64,000 nucleotides of DNA from Chiloscyllium plagiosum. Lineage: Eukaryota. The stretch is from NCBI RefSeq assembly GCF_004010195.1, contig NC_057719.1, positions 13,381,904-13,445,903 on the forward strand. Direction: 5' to 3'. Of the stretch, positions 1-12,551 are shown in pieces. The number at the start of each line of letters is the position of its first letter. The stretch's first letter is position 1. The notes under the pieces were generated by a model that did no database searches, was not told the origin of the DNA, and saw only the letters and a list, made by a program, of their open reading frames with translations. A program made the position numbers and the translations under genes.

Positions 1-1615
1 CAGTTTTTACTGTGGAGAAAGATATGGAAGCTAGGGAACTCAGGGAAATAAATAGTGATGTCTGAAAAGAGTCCACATTTCAAACAAGGAAGTGCGGGAG
101 GTCTTAAAACACAGATAGACAGATAAATCTCAGGGCCTGACCAAGTGTATGCCAAGACATTGCAGGAAGCTAGGGAAGAAATTGCGGGGCCCCTAACAGA
201 GATATTTATATCATCGACAGCCATGGGTGAGGTGTCCGAATACTGGATGGTGGTTAATGTTGTGCCATTACTGAAGAAAGGCAACAAGAAGTCAGGCATC
301 TACAGACCGGTGAGCCTGACATCAATGGTAGGTAAGTTGTTGGAGGGGATTTTGAGAGACATGATTTACATACACTTAGAAAGGCAAGGACTGATTAGGG
401 ATAGTCAGCTTGGGCTTTGTGCGTGGGAAATCATATCTCACGAACTTGACTGAGTTTTTTGAAGAGGTGACCAAGAGGACGGATGAAGTCAGAGTGTTAG
501 ATGTCTACATGGACTTTAGCAAGGCCTTCAACAATGTTCTGCATAGTAGACTGGTTAGTAAGATTAGATCACATAGGATCCAGGGAGAGCTGGCCAATTG
601 GATACAAAATTGGCTTGACAGTAGGGACAGAAGGTGGTGGCAGCGGATTGTTGTTCACACTGGAGGCTGATGACCAGTGGTGTGCCGACAGGATCAGTGC
701 TGGGTCCACTATTCTTTATCATTTATATAAATGATTTGGATGAGTATATAGGAGGTACGGTTAGTAAGTTTGTGGATCACACCAAATTTAGTGGTACAGT
801 GGACAGTGAAAAAGGTTATCCGAGAGTACAACGGGATCTTGATCAAGTGGGCCAGTGGGCCAAGGAATGGCTGAGGGAGTTTAGATTAATGCGAGCAGTT
901 GCATTTTGGTAAGACAAACTGGGGAGGACTTACACAGTTATTGGTACAGCCCCTGGGAGTGTTGTCAAACAGAGAAATCTAAGGGTGCAGGTACACTGTT
1001 CCTTGAAAGTGGTGTCACAGGTAGATAGGGTGGTGAAGTAGGTGTTTGACACAGTTGCCTTTATCGGTTAGTGCATTGAGAGTGCAGGAGTTAGGATGTC
1101 AGCTCTACAAGACAACCACTTTTGAGTACTACATACAATTCTGGTCATCCTGCTATAGGAAGGATGTTATTAAACTGGAAAGGGTGGAAAAGAGATTTGC
1201 AAGAATGTGACCGAGGGTTTGAGGCTGAATAGGTTGAGATGTTTTTCCCTGGAGTGTAGGAGGCTGGGGAGGTGACCTTACAGAGGTTTATAAAATCATG
1301 AGAGATGTAGATATGTCAAGGTATTTTCCCCAGGATGGGGGAGCTCAAAACTAGGGGGCATAGATTTAAGGTGAGAGGAGACGGCTATAAAGGGGACCTC
1401 AGGGGCAACTTTTCCACACAGAAGGTGGTGTGTATATAGAAGGAGCTGCCAGAGGAAGTGATAGAGGTAGGTACAAATACAACATATGGATAGGTACATG
1501 GATGGGAAAGATTTGTAGGGATACCGGCCAAATGGGATTAGTCCAGTTTAGGAAAACTGATTGGCATGGACAGGTTGGACCAAAGAGACTGTTTCCCTGC
1601 TGTATGGCTCTATGT
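1..1615 (+). mobile_element. CR1-clade LINE, degenerate ORF2 (RT) through 3' end
   Basis: Frameshifted motifs YRPVSLTS, DFSKAF, GVPTGSVLGPLFFIIYINDL, SKFVDHTK, followed by the CR1 3' tail (ggttggaccaaagagactgtttccctgctgtatggctctatg). Confidence 0.92.
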
Positions 1616-1933
1616 TGAGGATCCCACGTGTGAGTTAACAATGGAAAACAGCTATTCTATCTGAAAGACTTGTCAAAGATATTCTCTTAACATCCTGAAT
1701 GAGCTGGGTCTAAACAAATCACTGTGGGATAACTAAATATGCATCCACTTGTACATGAAAGTCTGAGTGAAAGCAATCTAAAATATTTCATATCATATTC
1801 TCTAATTCCCAGAAAATTAACAACTATTTGGGACAAAATTTTTCACCAATGTGAATTTTCAGAGGAAGTTCCCTTATTTTTCACTATCTTGCATTTGTGT
1901 GTGTGTTGAGGTTTTTTAGAGGGTAATTTAGAC

Positions 1934-2640
1934 TGTCACAACTCACTGGGGTAATGTACTGGAAATGAAGTCCCACTGTTCCCACAGTCATCACATATGT
2001 GAAAGATTTCATCCAACTTTTCAATGTACCCAACTTGTCTGATTGACTGATGCAGGTTAAAAGAAAACACTCATTAGGTTTTAGTAATAAACAAGAACAC
2101 AGTTCTGTATTGCAAACTGTTGGTTTATAACCAATTGTAGAAATGAAAGATGAATTATTAACTTATTAATTTCTCTAACTTACTAAACCCCCTTTATAGA
2201 TAAAACCACTCAAACAGAGGCACAGGAAAAGAGACAAGACACTAATGTTACCGTGAGGAAAAAACAAAATAAGGAGCCAGTGAAATACACATCTGCCATC
2301 AGTCTGGACTAAAGGCGATGAAATGTTTTCTTTCAGTTCTGTTCCTCTTCCTTTCGACTCTTTGGTGGGGATTTGCTTTGAGTGATAGTTAGAGAGGACC
2401 GCACGTTTCTGAATCAGTACAAGAAAGAATGAGACAGCTACTTCACGAAGAGCAAGAGAGGCAGCAATTTCAGCAGATAAAACCTGTTAACAGACAGTTC
2501 TTTTCAACACACTTGTAACAGCCAAAGTGTGACATGGACATGAAAACAGGTGGGTGATTCCTGGTTATTTCTTCTGTCTCTCTTGATTGGCCAAGCATCT
2601 TAAATCAGAAGGTGTTGCTGCAGTTGAAGTGTGCAGTTAA
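1934..2640 (-). mobile_element. Possible solo-LTR-like repeat
   Basis: Reverse complement ends ...cattaccccagtgagttgtgaca, resembling ...cactaccccagtgattttgtaaaac at ~7570-7596; similar AT-rich body. Far boundary uncertain. Confidence 0.3.
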
Positions 2641-3265
2641 GAAGTTCACCTTTGAAACTGTTAACCTGCAAACTAATTCATAAGCATACAGATGGCTGCG
2701 AAGGTGATGTGTTGCAGCTGTAGCATGTGAGAGCGAGTGGATCCCAATATGGCCACATTTGCAGCAAGTGCAGGCAGCTCCAGAAACTCAGGCTCGGAGT
2801 TGATGAGCTGGAGTCCGAGCTGTACACTGCAGAAGGGAGGGAGAGAGGTACCCGGACACTGGGTTTCAGGAGATACTCACACCCCTTTGATTAATCACAT
2901 CAAATATGGCCCATGATCAGGAAAGGAGGGTGTGACTGTAGGTTAGGCATGCATGGCGATCCAGAATGTAGCTTTAAGGACCTTCAGTATGTATGAGGCT
3001 CCAGTTCCCAGTGTCGATGAGTCCACAGTCGGCAAGCAGAATGAGCGAACTGACTAGAGCACTGTGCTGAAGTGGGGACAGGCAGAGAAATGCAGGAGCT
3101 CTCGTGGAAAACATACTTAGGGGAATCAATCTTGTTCTGTGCAGCAAGGCGTAGAGTCCTGAAGGTTGTGTTGCCAAGGCTCAGGACTTTTTTCTAATTG
3201 GATTTGCTTTTGTTATTGTCAAATGTGCCTTTTGTGTGCAGTACAGGCGGATCATGCCATACAAA

Positions 3266-3465
3266 GGTGCTGGTGTTGGACTGGGGTGGACAAAGTTAAA
3301 AATCACACAACATCAGGTTATAGCCCCCAACAGGTTTATTTGGAAGGAAAAGCTTTCAGAGTGCTGCTCCTTTGTCACGTAGCCAGTGCTGGAATAACTC
3401 CCTGATGAAGGAGCAGCGCTACGAAAGACAGTCCTTCCAACTAAACCTGTTGGACTATAACCTGG
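3266..3465. mobile_element. Fold-back Penelope-derived short element (family 2) with hammerhead-like core
   Basis: Imperfect inverted arms ~3314-3376 and ~3403-3464; CTGATGA-AGGAGC-AGC-GCTAC-GAAA starting at 3402. Confidence 0.7.
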
Positions 3466-3617
3466 TCATAGAGTCATAGAGATGTACAGCATGGAAACAG
3501 ACCCTTCGGTCCAACTCGTCCATGCCGACCAGATATCCCAACCCAATCTCGTCCCACCTGCCAGCACCCAGCCCATATCCCTCCAAACCCTTCCTGTTCA
3601 TATACCCATCCAAATGT
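3466..3617 (-). mobile_element. CR1 3' tail fragment
   Basis: catagagtcatagagatgtacagc...gacccttcggtccaac, reverse complement of the tail seen at 1500-1615 and 29900-30040. Confidence 0.8.
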
Positions 3618-5439
3618 GTGATGTTTAACTTATACCATACAAAGTGCATTAGAGTAAGAGAACAGAGTGAGGAATACAATGTTATGGCTGCAGAGAAAGT
3701 GCACAGAGAACAGGGTCAACATTAAATGCAAAATTTATGATATCCATTCATAAGTCTAATAACAGTGGGGAAGAAATTGTTTTTGAATATGTTGGCATGT
3801 ATGTTTAAGCTTTTTGTGTCCGATGGAAGAGTTTGGAAGAGATTATAACTGGGGTGGGAGGGGTCTTGGAGGAGGCAGCAAGTATAGATGGAGTCAGTGG
3901 GTGGAATGCTTTTGAACTGCAGATGAACTTAGAGCAGGAGGAAGCATCCAGACGCTGTGGTTCACGTATGCAGCAACATTAAGGAATGAGGTTCTGCTGA
4001 GGGATATGAGCAGTTAGTAGCTAAATTACAAAGCAGGCCCATTCAGGCAATAATCTGAGTCACGTGAAAGTTGGCATAGGGTAAATAAGATGAGAGAGAT
4101 AAAAGCCTGACATAAAGATTGGTTTTGAGGACAATGGGCATCTGCTTCATGGGACAAGTGACACCAAAACTTGGGAAACAGAGAGCTGTTTTACCTGTGT
4201 GGGCTTCATGTGAACCATGCTGGTAGCCCACTCCTATGGAGTCATATAACTGGGGTGGGACAAACAGCTTTAAACTCAGTTGTGGGGTAGGAGTGGGGAA
4301 TAATGAGGGAAGGGAAGTTTAAAAATAAAAAAAAAGAAATGACAGAGGAGAGGTCACGAAGAGGTGAGTGGTAAAATGTGACAGGAAATGGTGGAAAATA
4401 TAAGCAAGAAAAGTGCAGCAGAAATTAATGTAAAACATTTAAGGCTTTTTATTTGACTGCATGTAGCATTTGTAGCAAGGCAGGTGAGTTGATGGCACAA
4501 TAGGAAATAACCGAAATGGCTGGAAAGTTATTTGTGGAGACGTGGTTGCAGGGTGACCAAGACTGGCAATTTAACAGCCAAGTGCATTCGATGTTCTGAG
4601 AAAATAGGCAAAACAGAAGAAAAGGTGGTGGGGTAGCTTTGTTAAAAAGGAGTGTATCAGCGAGATGTTGAGTAGTGATATGGGTGCAATTAGCAGACCT
4701 CATGCCCCAGTGGAACCAGTAGTCATGTTCCCTTAGTATATCAGTCAGGAAACTACTCCCGTTCTCATCTGCAGGTACAACAGTGAACTGGGGCGATTGT
4801 TAGTCCAGGCACTTAAGTGTCCATTAATCAACAACTTAAGAGACTTATTTATTGGTGGGTTAGGAAATACCTAAGAGACCCTCTCACTCTTCGGAGGGGC
4901 TGTGAGAACAAGGCAAGTATCTCACCAAGGCTGACTTTCCCAATTATTTCCGTTTCTTCTCCTTATCTTCAGGAAGGGGAAATTCCACCTATAGTGTGTA
5001 ATAAAAATATAAATGCATAGGTGTGGACGGAGAAAAGGGTGTGGTGTTCAGGATATCTGCCCCTGCTGATGCCAGGGGAACGCCACAGTCTATTTACTCC
5101 CTGAGGGAGGGTGTAGGAGATCTTGTGGTGCAGTGGGTAGTGCCCATGCCTCTCAGCCTAAAGCTCCGTGTTGGCCTGGAAGTCACATTCATGCCACATG
5201 TTGAGTCCATTCAGCTCACTCTAAGAGCAGGAGGTAAGATTGGGAGAAACTCTGGTTGGCAACATGAGCCTCTACCAACACCAAACATAGCTCCACGCTA
5301 CATTACCCAAATGCCCTTCCCATATACAATCCCAAAATGTATGTCACCATAGCAGCTTAGACCCCATGGGTGGACCGGTTGGCTGGACAGCTAATGTAAA
5401 TCAGATTGGCATCTATAACTGATGAGTTGAACCTCTCTT

Positions 5440-6172
5440 TTTTTTATTATTCATTCACAAGATGAAGGTTTCACGGGCTGGGCAGCATTTATTGTCCATC
5501 CCTAATTGCCCAGAGGGCAGTTAAGAGTCAAATCACATTGCTGTGGGTCTGGAGTCACGTGTAGGCCAGACCAGGCAAGCTTGGGAGAAAGTATGGACTG
5601 CAGATTAGAATTGAAAAGTGCGGTGCTGAAAAAGCACAGCTGGTCAGGCAGCATCCGTGGATGAAGGTGGGGGGGTGATGGTGATAGGTGGGAAGGGAGG
5701 GTAGAGCAGATAGGTGGGAATGAAGATGGACAGGTAGGACAGGTCACGAGGGCGGTGCCGAGTTGGAGGTTTGGATCAGGGATAAGGTGGGGGAAGGGGA
5801 GATGAGGAATCTGGTGAAATCAACATGGATTCCGTGTGAATGGAGGGTCCCCAAGTGGAAGATGAGGGATGAGGCATTCTTCCTCCAGTTGGCGGGTGGC
5901 TAGGATTTAGTGGTGCAGGAGGCCCAGGACTTGCACGTCCTTGGTGGAGTTGACTGGGTAAGGATGGCAGCTTCCTTCCTTAAAGGACATTAGTGAATCA
6001 GATAGGTTTTTCCAACAATTGACAACAGATTCATGCTTAACATGAAACTCTTAATTCCAGATATTTACTGAACTCAAACTCCACCATCTGGCGTGGCAGG
6101 ATTTGAACCTGTGAACATTATCTGGGTCTCTAGTTTAACAGTCCAGCAATAATACCACTAGGCCATTGCCTC
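5440..6172 (-). mobile_element. tRNA-derived SINE with L2-like tail (family B), interrupted by a Penelope fragment
   Basis: cagcatttattgtccatccctaattgcccagagggcagttaagagtca...ccactaggccattgcc; reverse complement of the intact copy at 31862-32175. Confidence 0.8.
5583..5951 (-). mobile_element. Penelope-like element 3' fragment
   Basis: Begins ggagaaagtatggactgcag...aaagcacagctggtcaggcagcatcc; the G-rich body matches the reverse complement of the C-rich 3' region at 9710-9990. Confidence 0.7.
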
Positions 6173-6719
6173 TACTATCTAGGCAGCTTCAGGATCTGCC
6201 TACTTGCCCCTTGCCCTTGGTAGAGGTCATTAGGTTTTGGGTCGGATCTGCCTTCACACAGGGAACTGAAGGAAGGTTGAATATTTCCAATAAAAATGGC
6301 TGGAAGACAACACAGTGGACATTGGCTCTTACAAATAAATAAGCTAAAACGGATAGTGAGAAATCAATTGAATGCTGACCACCACCATCATTGAACACCA
6401 TCAAATTACATTCCATGCACACAGACTTCAGAACAGGAAGCACCATTACTCAGCTGTAGGTGATCATCAGTGCCACCACTTTCCCTATAATAATTGCAGG
6501 TCTGAGCAGAAGCAGTGATTGTAGAAGTCATTGACACGCCTACATCTCTTTCCCTCTCAGCATTTCGTTCCTCTTCAGAAATTGCTAGGTTGCTCTTGGT
6601 AGTTCTGTCATCAAGCAGGTAAAATACATTCATAGGTGCCATTTGAGAGGAGCATGTCTTTTTATTTTGTCCTGTTTTTTTATAAAAAACTCATGTGGAC
6701 TGAAATGAGAAAGAACTGC

Positions 6720-7596
6720 TGTAAAACCAATGTTTGAATGCATAGCGGTATTTTTTTTTAAAGTAAGTGAACTCACACCCATTGCAACCATTGTCTAAAC
6801 AATTGTTTGAACATGTAGTCATTGAAATTAGAGTTGTAGGTGATTGGGAGCTGAGGGGAGTATGGATGCAGTGTTTGCTGGCAACAAAACGTTATTTGGT
6901 CAATGTGCTAGTGACCAGTTATCAATGACAGACACCTTTTTATCTGCTGACAGCTGTGTGATTGGCTCTGAGGTAACTGAACAGTTTGGAGCTGGGAACA
7001 TGTGGCAGAGAGAAAGAAAGAGAAAGAAGTATTCAATTCTTCTCTAGCTCAAGAGTGACCTCTCTGTTCTCTGCAGTCAAAACTCACTGTCAAGCTGCAG
7101 AAAACTAGTTTGTCTTCCCTGTAATATTTGTTGCAAGCTGTGACTTTGAACTCATAAATCAATGGCATTTTATTAGTGAACCAGCCACCTTGTCTCCCTC
7201 ACCAACCAGTGGAAGCATCTAGAGAAAGATAACTGAAGCAACAGCAGGAGAGTCATAAAGATCACCTCAACATCAGAACCTGGGAACAATGACAACTGGT
7301 CTGTCTTTCCAGTTTTACCCCTCTGTCCAGAGCCACTTTACTCTGTCTGTGTGTGGAAGGGCAAGTTTATAAAGGGATTAACATTTTAATTAGTAGTGTC
7401 TTATGTTAATTCTTTTTAAAACTGTTTACCTGTAGCTGGAGTCTAATTGCTTGTAATAAATAATGATCCTTGTTCATGCATTCAACCTGGATCTGAAAGT
7501 CAGGTAAATTGGGGAACTTTTCATAGTTTGTAAAAGTTTTAACTTCTGTGATGTCTTGGAATCTAATGCACACTACCCCAGTGATTTTGTAAAACG
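6720..7596 (+). mobile_element. Possible solo-LTR-like repeat
   Basis: Starts tgtaaaac, has aataaa near 7455, ends taccccagtgattttgtaaaac; related to 1934-2640. Confidence 0.3.
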
Positions 7597-7861
7597 TTTA
7601 AAAGAAGCATTGCACTGCATGAAACGTCCAATACTAAGGAAATATGACCTGGTGTTATTTCATTCCACCCATTGTACAGTGAGGTTAGTGAAGACAGATC
7701 CCCCTATTGAAATACCCCTGAACTGCTGTTAGGTATCAAGGCAGAGGCAGAGTGGGCCCAAGGTCAGGTATTGTAGCTCACAGCTCTTACTTGTGGAGAT
7801 GCTGGTGTGAACAAAGTCAGAAGTCACATGACAATAGGCTAAAGTCTAACATGTTTATAAA

Positions 7862-8228
7862 TCCCTACAGTATGGACATAGGCCATTCAGCCAACAATTC
7901 CACACCAGCCTTCCAAGAAGGTTCTCACCCAGACCCACTGGTGGTGGGGTCCGTTTGGAGGTAGCGGAAATGACGATGGATGATACAATGTATATGGAGG
8001 TTGGTGGGGTGGTAGGTCAGGATTCAGTATCCTATAATCCTGAATTTCCGATGACCAATCCACCTAACCTGCACATCTTTGGACTCTGAGAGGAAACCAG
8101 AGCACCCGGTGGAAACCCACACAAACACAGAGAGAATGTGCAAACACAGACAGTCAACCAAGGCTGGAATAGAACCCATCTCCCTGGTGCTGTGAGGCAA
8201 TGGTGCTAACCACTGTACCACTGTGCCA
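7862..8228 (-). mobile_element. HE1-like V-SINE, carrying a Penelope fragment (~7939-8020) and itself inside a family-2 Penelope-derived element (~7793-8328)
   Basis: Reverse complement of the gtggttagcac...ctcacagc...tttgcacattctc...tttcctctcagagtccaaagatgtgcagg SINE consensus. Confidence 0.8.
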
Positions 8229-8687
8229 GCTGATTTAAAATCACAAGCTTTCAGAGCACTGCTTCTTCATCGGGTGATTTTAAACAAGCCTGTTGGACGA
8301 TAACTGGGTATTGTAGTTTTTCTGACTTTATTAAGACAGTGAAACTGCTGTGAATCTTGGGTTCCCTCTGTATGTATCAGATCTCTACAGATGCCTTCAT
8401 TTATGAAGTTACTCAGTTATTCATTTCATGTCTTTTTCTGGAAGAACATTAATTCCTGTTACAACGTTTAATAGTCTTTAGATGTTGTGTTGCAATCAGA
8501 GTTTATTAATTTCATTTCGGAAATGGACAGGATTGAAGCAGGACATTCAAACAGAGCTTTGATAGTTCAGTCAGTTATTCATATGAAGGACAGAACTGTG
8601 CATGCAAACATTTTAAAAATTTCACAAATACTCTGCTTAATGAATATTTCATGGTTAACAAAACAAAGTATTTTCTATCTTGAGACA

Positions 8688-9987
8688 TCTCTCCCACGAG
8701 GAGGTTGAACAGTTCATCCACTTTACTAACACCTTCCAGCCTGACCTCAAATTGGGCACTTGCATGGGCCCCAGCTGTGCCTGCCTCTTCGTAGGATATG
8801 TGGAAAAGTCCATCTTCCGCAGCTACACTGGCACCAACCCCCACCTTTTTCTCCGCTACATCGATGACTGTATCGGCGCTGCCTCGTGCTCCCACGTGGA
8901 GGTTGAACAGTTCATCCACTCTACTAACACCTTCCACCCCGACCTCAAATTTACTGGACCATCTCAGACTCCTCCCTCTCCTTCCTAGACCTCTCCATTT
9001 CTATCTCGGGGGACCGAATCAACACGGACATTTACTATAAACCGACCGACTCCCACAGCTACCTAGACTACACCNNNNNNNNNNNNNNNNNNNNNNNNNN
9101 NNNNNNNNNNNNNNNNNNNNNNNNNNNNNNNNNNNNNNNNNNNNNNNNNNNNNNNNNNNNNNNNNNNNNNNNNNNNNNNNNNNNNNNNNNNNNNNNNNNN
9201 NNNNNNNNNNNNNNNNNNNNNNNNNNNNNNNNNNNNNNNNNNNNNNNNNNNNNNNNNNNNNNNNNNNNNNNNNNNNNNNNNNNNNNNNNNNNNNNNNNNN
9301 NNNNNNNNNNNNNNNNNNNNNNNNNNNNNNNNNNNNNNNNNNNNNNNNNNNNNNNNNNNNNNNNNNNNNNNNNNNNNNNNNNNNNNNNNNNNNNNNNNNN
9401 NNNNNNNNNNNNNNNNNNNNNNNNNNNNNNNNNNNNNNNNNNNNNNNNNNNNNNNNNNNNNNNNNNNNNNNNNNNNNNNNNNNNNNNNNNNNNNNNNNNN
9501 NNNNNNNNNNNNNNNNNNNNNNNNNNNNNNNNNNNNNNNNNNNNNNNNNNNNNNNNNNNNNNNNNNNNNNNNNNNNNNNNNNNNNNNNNNNNNNNNNNNN
9601 NNNNNNNNNNNNNNNNNNNNNNNNNNNNNNNNNNNNNNNNNNNNNNNNNNNNNNNNNNNNNNNNNNNNNNNNNNNNNNNNNNNNNNNNNNNNNNNNNNNN
9701 NNNNNNNNACCTTGTCTCAGTCCCAACCCTCGAACTCAGCACCACCTTCCTAAGCTGCAATCTTCTTCCTCCCGCCCCCCCCCCATTCTGGCCTATCACC
9801 TTAACCTCCTTCCACCTATCGCATTTCCAACGCCCCTCCCCCAAGTCCCTCCTCCCTACCTTTTATCTTAGCCTGCTTGGCACACTTTCCTCATTTCTGA
9901 AGAAGGGCTCATGCCCGAAATGTCGATTCTCCTGCTCCTTGGATGCTGCCTGACCTGCTGCGCTTTTCCAGCAACACATTTTCAGCC
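8688..9987 (+). mobile_element. Penelope-like retroelement, 5'-truncated: RT fragment, gap, 3' end with hammerhead core
   Basis: GTCMGPSCACLFVGYVE...LFLRYIDDCIG...FLDL...DIYYKPTDSHSYL is Penelope-type RT. CTGAAGA-AGGGC-TCAT-GCCC-GAAA-T-GTC at 9897-9924. ctatcttgaga is duplicated at 8675-8685 and 9988-9998. Confidence 0.88.
9075..9708. other. Assembly gap (N run)
   Basis: Run of n. Confidence 1.
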
Positions 9988-10289
9988 CTATCTTGAGATA
10001 AAACCTATTGTTATTCACTGTTGCCTACCTGCCCCAGTCTGGTCATCTGGCTTCTCCAGTCAACTGTTTTAGTTTCAATTTTAATTTCCTTGTCGTGTTT
10101 TAGAAAGGACCATTTATGCATTTTTCTTGCCTTTTCTCCCCACTCCCCCACAACAAAAAGGAAGTTAGAAAGGTAATAATCAGTGACGACGTTACTTGCG
10201 GGCTTCAGTAGGATATACATAGAGTAATGAAATGGGCAGGCAAATGTCAGATCAAATTTAATTAAAACATTATAAAATATAACAAACCT

Positions 10290-10500
10290 GGAAATTCTTG
10301 ACCACAGAAGGCTGTGGAGGCCAAGTCACTGAATACATTTAAGAGAGGGAATAGATACAATTTTAGATTTTAAAGGCATCAAGGGATGGGAGCGACAGCA
10401 GGAAATTTCATTGAGACAGAGATTCAGCCATGATCATGATGAATAGCACAGCAGGCGTGAAGTGCTGAATGGTCTTTTCCTGCTCCTAGCTTCTTTGTTT
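10290..10500 (+). mobile_element. Old CR1 3' end
   Basis: ccacagaaggctgtggaggccaagtcactgaat...gctgaatggtcttttcctgctcct. Confidence 0.65.
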
Positions 10501-10639
10501 CCAATGTGCATACTTATGAAATTGTCCATTCTGGGAGCTGGAGCAATATAAACAAACTGGTATAATATTAATGTTATGATCTGGAATGTATAACTTGAAA
10601 GATTGGCAGAAACTGATTCAATAATGAGTATTTAGAATC

Positions 10640-10910
10640 CGAGAAACATAAAAAACAGCAGGGGTAGGCCATTTGACCCATCAAATCTGCTCCACCATTC
10701 AATATGATCATGGCTGACCATCCAACTCACTCCCCTATTTTAGCTTGCTACCCCAAATCTTTTGACACCTTTAGCCCTAACAAGTATATCTAACTCTCTA
10801 GTGAAAACCTTCAATGTTTTGACCACAACTGCTTTCAGTGGCAGAGAATTTCCGAGACTCACCACGGTGAAGAAATTTCTCCTAAATAGTCAACCCTGCA
10901 ACTGTAGACT
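10640..10910 (-). mobile_element. Old CR1 3' end
   Basis: gtaggccatttgacccatcaaatctgctccaccattcaatatgatcatggctga. Confidence 0.65.
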
Positions 10911-11085
10911 GTGGCTGTACTTAAAGAGAATTGGATAGATGGATAGATTGGAGAAATGGGCAGAATGAATGGTTTTAAAAAGGTCTAGTACAGGCATGAT
11001 AGGCCAAATGGCCACCTTCTGGGCTGTAAGACTTGATTATTGTAGGAGTCAAAGCTGAATAGGCCCCGAACAATCTTTGTCATGG

Positions 11086-11247
11086 AGGTGAAAGTGAGGA
11101 CTGAGGATGCTGGAGATTGGAGTTGAGAGTGTGGTGCTGGAAAAGCACAGTAGGTCAGGCAGCATCCGAGGAGCAGGAGAATCAACGTTTTGGGGATAAG
11201 CTCTTCATCAGGAATTCCTGATGAAGGGCTTTTGCCTGAAATGTCAA
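11086..11247. mobile_element. Fold-back Penelope-derived short element (family 1)
   Basis: Perfect 24-bp palindrome cttcatcaggaattcctgatgaag at 11203-11226 joins two oppositely oriented hammerhead-like cores. Confidence 0.75.
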
Positions 11248-11519
11248 ATCTTTCTCACATGCCAATTATTCATGTGAGTGCCTGAATGCCAGGTGTTGGA
11301 TGGCTGTTCAAATCCACTGCAGAGGGATCAGCCCAATTCTGCTTTCAGTGATAACATTAACAGGAGGAGAGGCCCGATATTAATTAAGAGCAAGAATGCT
11401 GTTGGAAAGACTTCTCCCCAACTCAGAAACAATGAATGCCATTTGTTGCCTGTCTAACCCTCTGCTGTCCAGACTATCTGGCACCAATTCAACTCAGTTA
11501 CAATGAAATATGATGTAAT

Positions 11520-12025
11520 CTTAGGAGATAGGCTCACTCCCAAGATTTAATCAAATTTGTCCAGCTTATCTTCCCTTCACAAATCCATGTTGACTACTCT
11601 GGATTAATTGTGTGTCTCCAAGTATAGCTATGTTCCTTCAGTATGAGATCGCTGTAATAACTTCCCAGCGACTGGAATTAGGCTGAGTGGGCTGTTATTT
11701 CCCAATCTACCTCTTCCTTCCTTTTTTGAATATGTGGACAATGCTGAAGTCCTCTGACCCTCAGGCACCTCATCGGCAGCCAGAGAGGATTCGAAGATTG
11801 CTGCCAGGATGTCCAGTATCTCCTCCCTTGTCTCCTGGGATACATCTCACCCCCACCCTGCTTTTAGTTGCATTAATTTTTCCAGCGCTATTATTTCACT
11901 CATACCAATTTCCTTTAATTTCTCCTTCCAAAGGATATTTGCTTCCCTCACATTTTGGGGAAGGTTTTTGTGTCTTCTCCTCTGAAGACAGAATCAAAGT
12001 AGCTGTCTAATTGTCCTGCCATTTG
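11520..12025 (-). mobile_element. Ancient CR1 fragment
   Basis: ttcccttcacaaatccatgttgact and ttcccagcgactggaattaggctgagtgggctgtta (reverse of a YRPVSLT-type region). Confidence 0.55.
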
Positions 12026-12237
12026 TATTCCCTAAAGGCATTGTGGGTAAACCCACAGCTGGTGGACAGCATTGGTTTACGAAGACAGCTCACAACCACC
12101 TTCTCAAGGGCAATGAGGGATGGACAATAAAGGCTGGTGAAATTTTTTAAAAATAAAAGGATGGAATAGTACAGTGAGCTATTTACAGAGCCTGGCTGTC
12201 ATAAGTGTGTAACGTACTCTCATAACCATGGGCCTCA

Positions 12238-12332
12238 GTCAAAGAGTGTGCTGCTGGAAAACCACAGCCAGTCAGGCAGCATCTGAGGAGCAGGACAGTT
12301 AACATTTTGAGCATAAGCTCTTCTTCAGGAAT
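12238..12332 (-). mobile_element. Penelope-derived terminus (family 1)
   Basis: gctggaaaaccacagccagtcaggcagcatctgaggagcagg...gctcttcttcagga. Confidence 0.7.
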
Positions 12333-12551
12333 ACAACAGGCCGATTAACCATGCCATAGTCCCTCATCCGTCCTAGAAGTTGCTTTTTTAAAGATCTTGT
12401 GCAGTGAGGTTTCAACTTGCTTCTTCTGGATTATTAATTACCACGGCGACAGAGGAACCTCAAATATCTCACAAACACAGCCACCTTTTTTTTTAAAGGA
12501 AGAGCTTACAGCTGTGAATGTAATTTTAATGACTGCCTGGAGAGAGGGATG

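Larger units (their letters stand above)
3195..3910 (-). mobile_element. Non-CR1 LINE 3' fragment (Rex1/Babar-like), split by the two inserts above
   Basis: ggggaagaaattgtttttgaat motif; ccatacaaag occurs on both sides of the inserted block (~3258 and ~3634). Confidence 0.4.
2690..4700 (+). mobile_element. Degenerate CR1 5' region (ORF1 zinc finger/coiled coil, esterase-like remnant, start of ORF2 endonuclease), interrupted by younger inserts at ~3195-3910
   Basis: From 2692: MAAKVMCCSCSM*...HICSKCRQLQKLRLGVDELESEL (CR1 ORF1 Cys motif). Around 4450-4660 an APE-like remnant (gagacgtggttgcag = ETWLQ; ggtggtggggtagctttg = GGGVAL). Confidence 0.7.

Noticed and set aside
6643..6699. In-frame TGA upstream of ORF 6406-6642 as a selenocysteine codon
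   Set aside because: No selenoprotein similarity and no SECIS element recognised.
9019..9844. Long ORFs spanning N runs (also 25384-25944)
   Set aside because: Artefacts of assembly gaps.
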